Origin: Candidatus Latescibacterota bacterium
GTDB lineage: Bacteria; Latescibacterota; UBA2968
Length of the DNA stretch: 64,000 bases
Direction of reading: 5' to 3'
Assembly: GCA_965208125.1 (NCBI GenBank)
Contig: OZ242320.1
Location: forward strand, 736,001 to 800,000
The notes beneath the pieces are model-generated. The model saw only the letters and a program-made list of their open reading frames with translations. It was not told the origin of the DNA and did not search any database. Each line of letters starts with the position of its first letter. Position 1 is the stretch's first letter. This document shows positions 1 to 8,365 of this stretch, piece after piece. The position numbers and the translations under genes were made by a program.

Positions 1-227
1 CCTCGCAAACGAATAGCCCGTTTCATATCCTCAATAGAGACCGGCTTAGAGGGGGGGGGCAAAATACCTTTCAAATCTCGGACATCTCGCAGATTCGATT
101 TTATAACCACATCTCCATTGTTTTGAATAACAATATTCAATCGGTCTCCTGGATGGAGGTGTAGATACTCCAGTACTTCTTTGGGCAAAAGCAGGTGACC
201 ATCTTCTTTGAGCATTGTTTCAGCCAT
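1..227 (-). CDS. AbrB/MazE/SpoVT-family antitoxin (3' end runs off the window)
   Basis: Translated by hand (absent from ORF track): MAETMLKEDGHLLLPKEVLEYLHLHPGDRLNIVIQNNGDVVIKSNLRDVRDLKGILPPPSKPVSIEDMKRAI...; AbrB-type G-x-L-x-LPK...L-x-PGD pattern; RBS AAGGAGGT upstream of ATG 227. Confidence 0.8.
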   Translation of the reverse strand, partial: MAETMLKEDGHLLLPKEVLEYLHLHPGDRLNIVIQNNGDVVIKSNLRDVRDLKGILPPPSKPVSIEDMKRAIRLR

Positions 228-428
228 AGTGAACCTCCTTCGTTTCTGCTGCAAAATTTGCTTTTCTTTCATCATTTCGGCAAGCGTGAGACTGTATTTC
301 TTCTGAGAAGAAAATTTAAGGGACTGACCTTAGAAAGTCAATCAATGTTCATATTAGGGAACCCGACCGCCCTTCACGATGTCTAATACCGTAAATCGTT
401 ACCGCGCCCTACAAAAAGGAGCGACCCA

Positions 429-1208
429 ATGCACACCAGATGGTTTTTCCCCTTCGCTCTGTTCCTTACTGCCTGTATAGGCCCGTTAGACCCGAACAAT
501 TCCGAATACATTGAAATCAGGGAAATAACCATCGGTCCTGCCCTGGCCAGATGCTACGGCGTGGGCGAACAGACCTGCATGATCGTTGACGGCTCATTGT
601 TCTACGACGGCATAGAGGGCTTCAACTTTGAAGCGGGCTACAACTATCGTCTGCGGATCGGCAAATACGACCCCTATGATGGAAAGGAACCGCCGCAGGA
701 TGCCAGCCAATACAGTTATCGCCTGCTGGAACAAATAGAAAAAACCCGCGCGCCATCCACTCCGACAACCATATCTGTGGGACCAACGCGGGTAAAATGC
801 ACGCAAATCGACGACTTTTGCCTGCTGATTAACGGTGCGCCCTACAACGACATCATCACCCACTTCGATTACGAAGCCGGGTATCACTATACCCTCAATG
901 CAAACCAGTACAGCGACGGGCGATACGTCTTGACTGAAATAGTCTCAAAAACTGAATTAACGGGCACAGAAGAAGAAATAACCGTAGGACCCCACAGAAC
1001 CCCATGCGGCGCCGTGTACTGCAACGTCGTCAACGGCGAAGCCTTCCTCAGTGAAATCGTGAACTTCCAGCCCCGGCACAACTACAGCTATCGCCTGCGA
1101 GTCGAACGATTCGACATGTTTTCCAGTAGCACAACCCCGCCGTCATCCAACATCCCGACCTACGGCTATCGCTGGCTGGAAACACTTGAGCAGAGCATCA
1201 ATAATTGA
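429..1208 (+). CDS. Lipoprotein with three DUF4377-like repeats
   Basis: Lipobox LTAC; three units of the form ITIGP..C....C..V.G..FY..I..F.FE.GY.Y.L; RBS AAGGAG. Confidence 0.75.
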   Translation: MHTRWFFPFALFLTACIGPLDPNNSEYIEIREITIGPALARCYGVGEQTCMIVDGSLFYDGIEGFNFEAGYNYRLRIGKYDPYDGKEPPQDASQYSYRLLEQIEKTRAPSTPTTISVGPTRVKCTQIDDFCLLINGAPYNDIITHFDYEAGYHYTLNANQYSDGRYVLTEIVSKTELTGTEEEITVGPHRTPCGAVYCNVVNGEAFLSEIVNFQPRHNYSYRLRVERFDMFSSSTTPPSSNIPTYGYRWLETLEQSINN

Positions 1209-1244
1209 TCCGCATCTGAGAAGTCTTCTGAGAACTATTAGATC

Positions 1245-1375
1245 ATATCAGTGAATTTGTGGTTATAACTTTCTACAGGATATTTCTTCAAGAAAAGAGC
1301 CCCAGAATTGCGTTTGTCATTGCGGCATGATTTTGAGCCGCAACCCATTGGGAAGTTGTAATCTAAACTAATTCC
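1245..1375 (+). repeat. Left arm of long imperfect inverted repeat, with REP-like hairpin GTCATTGCGGCATG..TTGAGCCGCAA
   Basis: 1269-1343 matches the reverse complement of 7950-8024 at 59/75 positions without gaps (hand alignment); weaker similarity continues on both sides. Confidence 0.85.
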
Positions 1376-3541
1376 CTAACTGGACTCCGCTTTTGACTGT
1401 TTACGCAACTCATCAATCTGCTGGCGGTCCTCACGTTCCTGGTCAGGTGTGTAGCTGGACCATAGCTGGCTATATATCTCCGCGACATAATCCTCTAACT
1501 CTGGGGACAGCTTTCGTTTGCTATCTACCAAGGCGAGTAGTTTTAATACCAAGATTTTATCAGCACGGTCACGCTGTCTCAGCGGAAACGCGCTGATCGC
1601 TATTGCAGTCTGCTCAGCCTCATCAATCGCGTCTAACAAGAGCCATAGCTGGCCCCAAAAACGCAGTGCTTCAAGGTTGAATTGCCCTCCATCACCAAAA
1701 CGATCCGAGGCGATGTGGATGATTTCAGGAATGATCATCTCGTCGTAGTGTGTATCTATCTCACCTTCGCGAGTGCTCTTAAGCTTTCGCTGGTCAATCA
1801 GAGCCCATAAGGCACAAGGTCCGACTCCCGAATCGCGTGCTTGATCCAGCAACCATGCGCCACTCGGATCGCCAAACTCAGCGGCATAGCGGGCCGCACG
1901 TTCTTCTACGATCGAGGCTTCGGTGCGGATAGATAGGTACTGTCCAGCGAAATGGGAGTGCCTCCACAGAGTCTCGGCGAGAGTGCGAACCGCGACAGGA
2001 TCAATTGTACGTCCGAGTTCTTTTAGCACTGGAATCGCGTGGAACGCGACCAAAAACCAGTGTTGCACGGCTCGGTCAGCGGTAATGAAAGCTTTGTAAT
2101 TCTCCTCAGCATCCCACACACTCAGCGACAATCCCCGACACTGAGCCGAGGCCCAACTCGGTAGATCAAGTTCCTCGCAAGACATGGCAAGAGCCGTGCC
2201 AAGGCCATTGATCCACTCGCGGTGGTGCCATTCACTCCAGTGCAAGAACAAATGGTTGCGTTCCAACTCCTCAGCAATGTGCTGATCGTGCAACTCGAGA
2301 GTTATTCGAGCGATCTCAGCGGCTCGCGCAGGCTCCAAATCGCGGATCTCCCAGGCAACATCCGCCAAGTGGCGGAGCCAAGTCGTTCTCCGGGTCAGGC
2401 GTAGGCCAGCGCGAAGTTCAACAAGCAGATCGTCGGACCAAGACTGGCGAACGAGGCGTGCGAGCAGTTCTGTGCCTGCCCTTTCAAGCTGCTCAATTCG
2501 GAGCGGCTTCTCCTGGCCGCCACCGTAGTGTAGCCCATAGGAGGCATGGCTGAGCAGTTCGCCGATCCATCGTGCGCACACCAGTGGATTGAACGCAGAT
2601 AGACGGTCAACTAAGCCTGTGAGGAGGCCTGCTGCTGCAATATTTAGGCCGTCGTCATCCCGCGGAATGCGGAGTTCCGTACTCCAATAGTGTTGATTTT
2701 GGTCTGAGCCCAAACGACTGGCGACCCGTAGATCGTCATCCAACTTGTTGACGGTGTTCAGCGTATGGTTGATCGCCAGCGCAATCAAGGCATCGCATGA
2801 ATCCTCGGTGATCCACTCCAAAGTCTTGCGGTAGTCCACTTTTAGGGCTACGGCGACCATGTGGTCAGCCGCCCGCGCCTGCACTACTGGATGATCCAGC
2901 ATCTCAATCAGGGATTCGAATAGCTCGGACCGCAATTCGACCACAAGTTCGATCAGATTGTCTACCGCACGATATAGTCCCCAATTGACTAAGTCGAAGT
3001 CATTGTCGAAATTCCGGAAGATCTCCAGCATCCCCTTGGACTCCATTTCTTTTTTTTTGATCTTGGCTTTGAAAAAATCTTGCGCTGCAAAGCCGGTATA
3101 GCGGGAGGGTTCAAGAACCTCGTCTTGTTCACAGCGCTCCTTTAGCATAGCAAGTGCGGCCTCGACAAACGAGTCAATCTCCTCAGAAGACCAGCAAGAA
3201 CGAATGATGCGTGCAGCCAAGTCGGCATCAATCGAGCCGATGGCCCAGATTGCGGTTTCCGAGCGAGCCGCCTTGATTTCCTCTAAGATCAGGCCTGCAA
3301 CCGGCTCACTCATATCAGACTTGAGCCATCGTTGATCTTCATGAGAATCGAACCACCCTCGGATTTCCGTGATGGCTCGATTCTGCTCGGTGCGGGAATT
3401 AATATGCTTTCGGATAATCGGCTCAATCAGTTCGTAAGTTGACCGGCCTGTTAGAGGCGATTCACCAGAGCCGAAGATCCGCCAGATAATGGCTTTTGCT
3501 TCGGCAGATAGAGAGATATTGGGTATGCTGTTGTTGGACAT
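1376..3541 (-). CDS. Hypothetical helical, Trp-rich protein (~721 aa), translationally coupled to the upstream gene
   Basis: Long ORF; likely start MSNNSIP at 3541 overlaps the upstream stop (TAATG). Confidence 0.8.
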   Translation of the reverse strand: MSNNSIPNISLSAEAKAIIWRIFGSGESPLTGRSTYELIEPIIRKHINSRTEQNRAITEIRGWFDSHEDQRWLKSDMSEPVAGLILEEIKAARSETAIWAIGSIDADLAARIIRSCWSSEEIDSFVEAALAMLKERCEQDEVLEPSRYTGFAAQDFFKAKIKKKEMESKGMLEIFRNFDNDFDLVNWGLYRAVDNLIELVVELRSELFESLIEMLDHPVVQARAADHMVAVALKVDYRKTLEWITEDSCDALIALAINHTLNTVNKLDDDLRVASRLGSDQNQHYWSTELRIPRDDDGLNIAAAGLLTGLVDRLSAFNPLVCARWIGELLSHASYGLHYGGGQEKPLRIEQLERAGTELLARLVRQSWSDDLLVELRAGLRLTRRTTWLRHLADVAWEIRDLEPARAAEIARITLELHDQHIAEELERNHLFLHWSEWHHREWINGLGTALAMSCEELDLPSWASAQCRGLSLSVWDAEENYKAFITADRAVQHWFLVAFHAIPVLKELGRTIDPVAVRTLAETLWRHSHFAGQYLSIRTEASIVEERAARYAAEFGDPSGAWLLDQARDSGVGPCALWALIDQRKLKSTREGEIDTHYDEMIIPEIIHIASDRFGDGGQFNLEALRFWGQLWLLLDAIDEAEQTAIAISAFPLRQRDRADKILVLKLLALVDSKRKLSPELEDYVAEIYSQLWSSYTPDQEREDRQQIDELRKQSKAESS

Positions 3542-5235
3542 TAGCGAATTTCCCGAACAAGAAGGCGTGTGGTGGTGCCCCCAACGGTCATTGCCCATAG
3601 CGACTTCGCTTCGGCGCGATAGATGCCATAGGGAAGACCAGCAAATGTAACTCCATCTTTGGGCCAGCCGTTGAGGGAGTGGGTGATGATAATCTCGCGT
3701 CTAGGTGTTATGAGATAACGATCGTGAAATCCAGGCGTGCCATCGTGCTTACGGAACGCCCGAACACTGACATGAGCCGTCAGGTGGTTAGGGTAACTCG
3801 ACCACCATGGTGACACATTGTTGTTATCCTTTTGTGTGCATAGGATACGCAAAGGACGGCCAGTAGTGGCAGCAAACATATCGAGGTATAGCTGTGTGCC
3901 TCTATTTCCCTTCAAACGGCCCATGAAATAGGGATCGGCTAAGTAGATCGGTTCCGTACGATCAGCATCTTGGCGCAGAAGATTAATGAAGTACTGGATT
4001 GCCTTATTGAGTTCGTCGGGGCCGAAGCGTGCAAAATTGCCTTCTCTGCGTACGGCAGCCTCTCGTTCGTGAACCCGACGATCAAGCCATAGTCGCCGGA
4101 TCCCTTTGTCGAGTTCGGCGCTATCTCGGTCGGACTGAACGTTGATTGTGGAGACCGTAGATGGATTGACACTGTGGGTGAAATGGCTTTTGCGTTCACG
4201 GAGATGTAGCGTTGGGCCAGACTCGATCTCCATGGAGACGGCGACTGCCATGACAAGAAGTACCTCCATCAAGTCAACACACTGTCCGTCACTAGTTCGG
4301 TAGATCTCAAAGCCAATATGATCTACATCCGAGGCGAGTTCGATCACGGTCTCGCCCAGCATAACCGAAACTTCTCGCCGAAGCACCTCGTCACCACTGT
4401 GGCTGGCCCAGACTGTGGCACGATAGGCCCCGGGCAGCAGTTCGTCCCCGTCCACCTGGAACCTAAGCGTTCGGTCATGACGCGCTACCAGATTGCAGGT
4501 AATCGCATCTTCTGCACCCGCAATCATGAGATTTCCGATCCGATCCGGGCGACGGTCGAGTGGGAAGCCCAGATGTGCGAGTTGAGGTAGCGCGTTGCCC
4601 TGGAACGATCCGATTACCTCGAGCCAGCGTTTGTGAGGCTCCGTCTTGAAACTCCAGTACTCGATAATCTCTGCACTGTATTTTGTGAACGGGCTACGCA
4701 TTGAGGCATCAGAGAGCGGGCGATCATCTCGATAGGCCCAATGTAGGCGGGGATTGGGTTCCAAGCTGTAGTGAACTTCAAGGCCATCTATCTCCAACGT
4801 TCCTGAATTCAAGATGTGATCAACCAATGCCTGACAGCACTCAAACGATGTATCGAACGTAAATAGCCGAAGTTCATGGCCAAGATCTTCGTTAGACCAG
4901 GTCTCATCCGGTTCGTTAGCCCAAGGCCCCAGCGCATCTTTCCGTCGGTGGCGTATGAGCGTGAACAGGTTGCAGGGCTGTGCGCCCGGATTCTGCCATG
5001 CTAGTACCGTCATCCGAGCGGTTCGATCCTTCATGTCCTCTTTTGTCACCGAGGCGCGAGTCGGTGAAACGAAGGAAAGCCCGCGTTCACGCGCCCAACG
5101 CACCGCTTCGTCGAGTGCTACAGACACATTGCGCCCGTTCCTTTGCACAGTCAGGTGCTCCCGGTGGATATGCTGGCGAACGTAAGTCTCGCTCTTATCC
5201 ACGGCCTGGGCTAACTCTGCAATAGTAAAATTCAT
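3541..5235 (-). CDS. HTH + PLD-like nuclease-domain protein (resembles the VPA1262 family)
   Basis: N-terminal excisionase/MerR-like HTH (FTIAELAQAVDKSETYVRQHI); C-terminal YLADPYF...FHDRYLIT...THSLNG, a degenerate PLD-type motif; RBS GAGGT. Confidence 0.65.
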   Translation of the reverse strand: MNFTIAELAQAVDKSETYVRQHIHREHLTVQRNGRNVSVALDEAVRWARERGLSFVSPTRASVTKEDMKDRTARMTVLAWQNPGAQPCNLFTLIRHRRKDALGPWANEPDETWSNEDLGHELRLFTFDTSFECCQALVDHILNSGTLEIDGLEVHYSLEPNPRLHWAYRDDRPLSDASMRSPFTKYSAEIIEYWSFKTEPHKRWLEVIGSFQGNALPQLAHLGFPLDRRPDRIGNLMIAGAEDAITCNLVARHDRTLRFQVDGDELLPGAYRATVWASHSGDEVLRREVSVMLGETVIELASDVDHIGFEIYRTSDGQCVDLMEVLLVMAVAVSMEIESGPTLHLRERKSHFTHSVNPSTVSTINVQSDRDSAELDKGIRRLWLDRRVHEREAAVRREGNFARFGPDELNKAIQYFINLLRQDADRTEPIYLADPYFMGRLKGNRGTQLYLDMFAATTGRPLRILCTQKDNNNVSPWWSSYPNHLTAHVSVRAFRKHDGTPGFHDRYLITPRREIIITHSLNGWPKDGVTFAGLPYGIYRAEAKSLWAMTVGGTTTRLLVREIR

Positions 5236-5269
5236 AGTGGTTACCTCAGTATCTATGTGGTCGCTTTAG

Positions 5270-5315
5270 TAATTGTAACATATTGTAAATTACAAATGTA
5301 ACTTACGCACGTCAA
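5270..5315 (-). promoter_or_regulatory. Sigma70-type promoter overlapped by palindromic operator-like sites
   Basis: TTGACG (5315-5310), 17 nt, TAATTT (5292-5287); palindromes TTGTAA-A-TTACAA (5283-5295) and GTAA-C-TTAC (5298-5306). Confidence 0.6.
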
Positions 5316-5535
5316 GTATTTTTTTCATCAGTTGCACCTGTAACTTGCTCATCTGGTCCGATCTCCTCAATATGGAAAGTCCTAACAGGTCATCAGTCAT
5401 CTCTACCTCAATACCGAATGGCGGTCTGTAGGATGCTGTTTTATTTCCCTCTCTACCGCTGTTGATCAGATGCAATCAGGCGTTGCTGATAGTGAAGAAA
5501 ATAGCAGTTTCTGTACTGGCCGGTGTGGCTTTCAT

Positions 5536-5574
5536 AAAACAAAAGGGGCGTCGGAGATACTCTCTCCGACGCCC
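5536..5574 (-). terminator. Intrinsic terminator after the three-gene module
   Basis: 12-bp stem GGGCGTCGGAGA/TCTCCGACGCCC followed by a T-rich tract on the minus strand. Confidence 0.8.
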
Positions 5575-5626
5575 GGAACACTCGCCCATCTAAGCCAAAA
5601 ACCACAATGACCTCGATCCGCTACAC

Positions 5627-7003
5627 CTATACGGGTAGCCGTCCCACTCGGTCAGACAAACCGTCAATCTGGTTCACAACACGCTCCAGTGCCTCAATTT
5701 CCTTCTGCTCTACCTCTCCCCAGAGCTTCAGGTTTCTGTCCAACAACGCCCATTTGAGAGCATGAGAACCGTTCCATATAAACCCAATCCACGCCGCGTA
5801 GTTCAGATTAAGGATATCCTTGGTGATGTACACCTTGGCTCCATTCACCGATGCCATTGTTCCATAAGCCATAGCGAGCATCATCCTGAAACGGGGATTC
5901 ATCTTCAGGGGCATCGTATCCATCAGAGCTTCCCCCAGCGACGCGCCAGCGCACTTCACCTGTTTGACAGCGTAGAAGACGCGCATCATCACCTCCATAA
6001 TCAACACGGGAATACTGGTTACGACAAACTGACGAAAGTCGTACCCCTTGACGTACATATACTCGATCTGTTTGCCCAGATCGGAATCTCCCACTGGGAG
6101 GCTGTCAAACATGCGAAGGAAACCCATTAAGGGAGCGGGTAGCCCCATGCCCCTATTGCCTTTTGCAGAGGGGGCATTAACATCGGACAGAAGATGTCCG
6201 AACAGGCGACCAAGCAGTTGGAACAAGCTGCCACCCACAGGTTCCTTTGTAGTCTGGTAGATATTGAGTCCACCGTTCTCAATTACCGTGCATGTGCCGC
6301 GCTGCATATCCAAAACGCCGAATAGAAACCCAAGAATGGGATCGTGAGATAACGACCGCAACCGATGGTTCATGGGATTCAATGTACCCGGCAGTGCCCC
6401 CAGTAGCTGAGCCACAGTGCTGGAGTCTGCACCGCCAATAGTGTTCAGCCTACCGAGTTCCTTGCTAATATCGGGCGGTAACAGGCTGTTGAATGCCTGC
6501 TGTACCCACTTGTTGAACACGCCATCCACCTCCTTAGTCCATTCGGTGGTCGGCTTAGCAGGAGCCTTCACGAACAGCAGGTCAAGCATCGCTGCGAACA
6601 GGCCGCATCCCCCAGCAATGGCATAATCCCACCCATCAAGGGCGTAGCGGGCGTTGAAGTCCTTAATATAGGCAGCTATCCGCTTATCCACGATCTTCCA
6701 ATCGCCTGCAGTCAGGATATCGTCCAGTTTGGCATCCTCCGGATACGCCGCCTCTGCCTCATTGTATATGGTTTCCGAGTCAACGGCCGGGAGTGACCTG
6801 TGCTCGCTCATCGCGTCAAGATGCGCCTGCTTTCTCTCCACAAAACCCGACGATGACTTGTCAACATCGCCCAGTTTCGACAGTTGTCTTTTGATAGAGT
6901 GAATGTCCCTATTGATCTCGTCATGTGCTTCCTCAATGGTTTCAGACCGCTGTTGCAGATGTCTGATGGCCTTAATAGTCCGTTGTTCGTCCTTGCTGGT
7001 CAT
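5627..7003 (-). CDS. Hypothetical protein with N-terminal coiled coil and hydrophobic segments
   Basis: 458-aa ORF; motifs WDYAIAGGCG, HRLRSLSHDPILGFLFG, GMGLPAP; several hydrophobic helices. Confidence 0.8.
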   Translation of the reverse strand: MTSKDEQRTIKAIRHLQQRSETIEEAHDEINRDIHSIKRQLSKLGDVDKSSSGFVERKQAHLDAMSEHRSLPAVDSETIYNEAEAAYPEDAKLDDILTAGDWKIVDKRIAAYIKDFNARYALDGWDYAIAGGCGLFAAMLDLLFVKAPAKPTTEWTKEVDGVFNKWVQQAFNSLLPPDISKELGRLNTIGGADSSTVAQLLGALPGTLNPMNHRLRSLSHDPILGFLFGVLDMQRGTCTVIENGGLNIYQTTKEPVGGSLFQLLGRLFGHLLSDVNAPSAKGNRGMGLPAPLMGFLRMFDSLPVGDSDLGKQIEYMYVKGYDFRQFVVTSIPVLIMEVMMRVFYAVKQVKCAGASLGEALMDTMPLKMNPRFRMMLAMAYGTMASVNGAKVYITKDILNLNYAAWIGFIWNGSHALKWALLDRNLKLWGEVEQKEIEALERVVNQIDGLSDRVGRLPV

Positions 7004-7014
7004 GACAATACCTT

Positions 7015-7488
7015 CTATGGCTTTTGATGTTTAAATTGGTCAATGTAAGCCTTGATTTCTGCCAATTCGTCGCGGAAATACTCAGCATTCGCAATAAGCC
7101 GTTCTTGGATTTTGTAGAGTTTCTCAATAGCTCTGTCCAATGCCGCCGCCAGTTTCGCACTCCTCCGCTTCTTGACGATGGCATAGCCACCAACCCCCAA
7201 GATAGCCACCGGCAATGTCAGGACACCTATTCCGGCTAGCATTCCGGCACCGAAACCTGCCGCTGCCAACCCGGAGGTGATACCGGCGGCCGATAGGCCC
7301 GCCACAGATCCTCCGAAATAGAGGGCAGTGAAAGATGCAGAACCACCCAGCGCAATGCCCACTACTGCTCCAGCCGCATCGGCTGCCTTTGGTTCGTCGC
7401 GACGGAGTTCATCAATCGTCTCCTTCATATCTTCGTGTGCTTCGTCCTTCATCCGCTGGATCTCTGCGGGGCTAAGTTCTCTTCCCAT
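7015..7488 (-). CDS. Glycine-zipper membrane protein with C-terminal coiled coil
   Basis: 157 aa; GLSAAGITSGLAAAGFGAGMLAGIG; RBS AGGAG. Confidence 0.8.
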   Translation of the reverse strand: MGRELSPAEIQRMKDEAHEDMKETIDELRRDEPKAADAAGAVVGIALGGSASFTALYFGGSVAGLSAAGITSGLAAAGFGAGMLAGIGVLTLPVAILGVGGYAIVKKRRSAKLAAALDRAIEKLYKIQERLIANAEYFRDELAEIKAYIDQFKHQKP

Positions 7489-7524
7489 GATTATCTCCTA
7501 TCTTTGCGCCAGAAATATCTTCTA

Positions 7525-7869
7525 CTACTTTTGGCGTTTAAGTTCATCAATGTAAGCCTTGATCTCAGCCAGTTCCTCACGGAAGTGCTCGGCGTTCGCA
7601 ATAAGCCGTTCTTGGATTTTGTAGAGTTTCTCAATGGCTCTGCCCAGTGCCGCCGTCAGTTTCGCTTTCCTCTCCGTGTCCATCCGCTTCTTAGCTATGG
7701 CATAGCCAGCAACCCCCAATGGCCCTGTCAGGAGAGCCACGCCTGCCGCAGCTACCACATCAACCACCTCTGGGAAGTCGCGTTGGACTTCATCAAATGC
7801 TTCCTTTATTTCTTTCTGTGCTTCGTTCTTCATCCGCTGGATCTCTGCGAGGCTAAACTCGCTTTTCAT
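7525..7869 (-). CDS. Tandem paralog of 7015-7488 lacking most of the glycine zipper (114 aa)
   Basis: Start MKSEFSLAEIQRMK with the same AGGAGATAATC-ATG leader; shares AEIQRMK and RAIEKLYKIQERLIANAE.FR.ELAEIKAYID. Confidence 0.75.
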   Translation of the reverse strand: MKSEFSLAEIQRMKNEAQKEIKEAFDEVQRDFPEVVDVVAAAGVALLTGPLGVAGYAIAKKRMDTERKAKLTAALGRAIEKLYKIQERLIANAEHFREELAEIKAYIDELKRQK

Positions 7870-7914
7870 GATTATCTCCTTTCTTTGAGGAGAGTCTTTG
7901 TTTGTCAAGGTGCA

Positions 7915-8052
7915 GGAGGAGTTGCGTTTGAGGTCAAACCCCATGTGGATTGCAGCTCAAAACCATGCCGCAATGACAGGTGCAATTCTGTAGTGCCTCT
8001 CTCAGAGAAATATAATGTAGAAAGCCATATACTTCAATCTCATTAACTGATG
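7915..8052 (-). repeat. Right arm of long imperfect inverted repeat
   Basis: TGGATTGCAGCTCAAAACCATGCCGCAATGACA plus flank is the reverse complement of the 1269-1348 region. Confidence 0.85.
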
Positions 8053-8365
8053 TTACGCAAAAACCACTGCAACAGCCACCTGGTCAAGCGATACATATCT
8101 TTCACATAACCGCTCATTCATCGCTCAAAATATACACTTTTTCCGCCGACATTTGTGCTCCTCCACCTCCGCTTCAACAAACATTCCACAAATTCAAGTT
8201 GTGAATAAGACCGCAATACTACATATTGAAAGCATAATGAGGTGCCTGAGTTTCTTAAAAGCCCCTTTTATCGCTCAATTCTGTGATAATTGGCCTGATA
8301 TTTGCTTGAGTTCTGACTGTTGCGTTTGTCCAAAATACGACCAACCCTCAGACCAGGCATCTCAC

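Larger units (their letters stand above)
1245..8052. mobile_element. Putative non-autonomous cargo island bounded by long inverted repeats
   Basis: IR arms closely bracket five co-oriented hypothetical genes; no transposase or integrase inside. Confidence 0.55.

Noticed and set aside
51-59. G9 homopolymer as a phase-variation tract
   Set aside because: It encodes in-frame PPP in the linker of the AbrB antitoxin on the minus strand; no other support
195-386. 63-aa plus-strand ORF
   Set aside because: It overlaps the start and promoter region of the better-supported AbrB gene and has no motif
355-412. Possible GTAG-type REP remnant (CCGCGCCCTAC)
   Set aside because: Single degenerate copy with no convincing partner stem
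5290-5475. 61-aa ORF between the island modules
   Set aside because: It runs through the predicted promoter and has no RBS or motif; at most a gene remnant
8153-8365. N-terminal extension of the Rpn ORF
   Set aside because: The family-like sequence begins at MAEFD (8366); the extension looks non-coding
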